Below are positions 62,875 to 64,000 of a DNA stretch of 64,000 nt, piece by piece. Under the pieces are notes generated by a model. The model ran no database searches. It had not been told where the DNA came from and was given only the letters and a program-made list of their open reading frames with translations. The stretch is from Podarcis gaigeae (lineage: Eukaryota), in NCBI GenBank assembly GCA_964106915.2, contig OZ066922.1; one strand, given 5' to 3'. The position numbers and the translations under genes are program-made. Positions within the stretch are counted from its first letter, which is position 1; each line of letters begins with the position of its first letter.

Positions 62875-63088
62875 TGGCCTGGTCTCCAGTAAAAGTAATG
62901 AGTCTGTTATGTCTGAAGCTTCAGATCCAACAAGTGGCTACCAGTCAGGATATCATTCAGACGATACAGACACCACGGCATACTGTGGTGAAGAAACAGA
63001 ACTTTTAACTCTCAGGAAAGATGCTTCTCAGACTTGCAGTGCACTGGCCTATGGCGCTGGGATGCCCCTTAGCTCACCTCCCACTTAA
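62875..63088 (+). CDS. KDR: KDR exon 30 coding part ([11 protein letters not shown]...[16 protein letters not shown]...LSSPPT*)
   Basis: ttttgcag| acceptor; TAA at 63086-63088. Confidence 0.96.
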
Positions 63089-64000
63089 GAAACCCTCCAA
63101 AAGAAGGAATAACTGGAACTTGCACCAAACATGGCCTTTTTCTTGAGCCAGTGGCATGGGACACCCAAAACATCTACATTCACTGGACTGGAAAGTGTAT
63201 GTGTTCTTTTACTGCATCTTATTTGATGAGAAGGACCCAAAGTGCTCTGTGGAATACTGGATCCAAACTTATTCTTCAAGAAGCCCATCAGTCACCACGC
63301 AGCACTGCCAGGGTTATGCCTGTTTTAGAGTACCTGGTGACAGTGTTGTGAACTGTGAGGTGTACATGAAGTGGAATATTGATACACTACATTTCTATGC
63401 AATGATATGAACGTGGAATAGTGTTTGGCCAGAACCATTTGGATTTTCCATTTCGCCAGTGCCTTTCTTGTCTTTGGGCATCTGTCTTCAGGAAGGTGCT
63501 ATTGCTACTTTGCTGGGCTCGTTGAACTATTTTCATTTATTTCTCTTCAATTAAAGGGGCCTTCAGTCTAAATCTTCCTGGTGGATACTGGCAAAAAGCA
63601 GAGGGTCTATCCCTCTTACTGAGAGAGGTCATGTTTTGCTGTGTGGTCCTTGATCAGCTGAGGTTCTATCAGTGAATGTTTCACACTGAAACAGACAATT
63701 CTGTCTTGGCTTGGTCAGTACCTATAGGCTCAGCTAAATGACCCTGGAGTTTTACCTTATATTTTTGTGATCCTTGTTTATTTGGTCGCTCTTGATTTAC
63801 AGAACCGTGATTCTTGCTGGGGAGAGGGGAAATCCTGATGCAGTGCCAATGTAGCCCAGCAAATAGCATTATCAGTAAGCTCACATGTATCACAGACATG
63901 TTGCATAACTAGCTGCTCAGATTTTGACTGATGCTTTTCAATGTAGGAGTTGTTAGAAAGTTTTCTGTGTGTTTGTATGCCAGAGTTTTTAACACGTGCT
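63089..64000 (+). other. KDR: KDR 3' UTR (probably continues past the window)
   Basis: Follows the stop codon with no recognisable repeats. There is an ATTAAA near 63550, but the cleavage site cannot be determined. Confidence 0.7.

Overview
Vertebrate genomic DNA containing one essentially complete + strand gene, KDR (VEGFR2/Flk1). The repeat content (Sauria SINEs, a Squam3-like SINE, BovB) points to a squamate, most likely a lacertid lizard; this is an inference. I traced 30 coding exons by hand from the ATG at 14943 to the TAA at 63086-63088. Visible splice junctions are GT-AG with consistent phases, and exon sizes mostly match human KDR as I recall them. The visible CDS is 4083 nt (about 1360 aa); the acceptor of exon 21 is hidden in an N-gap. 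The first ~14.5 kb is upstream intergenic sequence. Introns and flanks hold 12 Sauria SINEs, 9 TA-flanked Tigger/pogo-like MITEs, several hAT MITEs (some nested), a Tc1 DD34E remnant, BovB and L1 3' ends, and putative solo LTRs. The most notable observations are: (1) a perfect 182-bp zero-loop palindrome (6721-6902) built from a Penelope-like retroelement end, carrying a minimal hammerhead ribozyme motif on each strand; (2) loss of the kinase-insert tyrosines equivalent to human Y951 and Y996; (3) shifted splice sites that add residues at exons 4 and 6 in the ligand-binding ectodomain; (4) a 17-bp perfect hairpin over the intron-13 read-through stop codon, the position of soluble VEGFR2 in mammals; (5) candidate counterparts of the intron-1, intron-10 and distal upstream Flk1 enhancers, plus an unexplained RCGTG cluster in intron 15. 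All comparisons to human, mouse and chicken are from memory, not from database searches.
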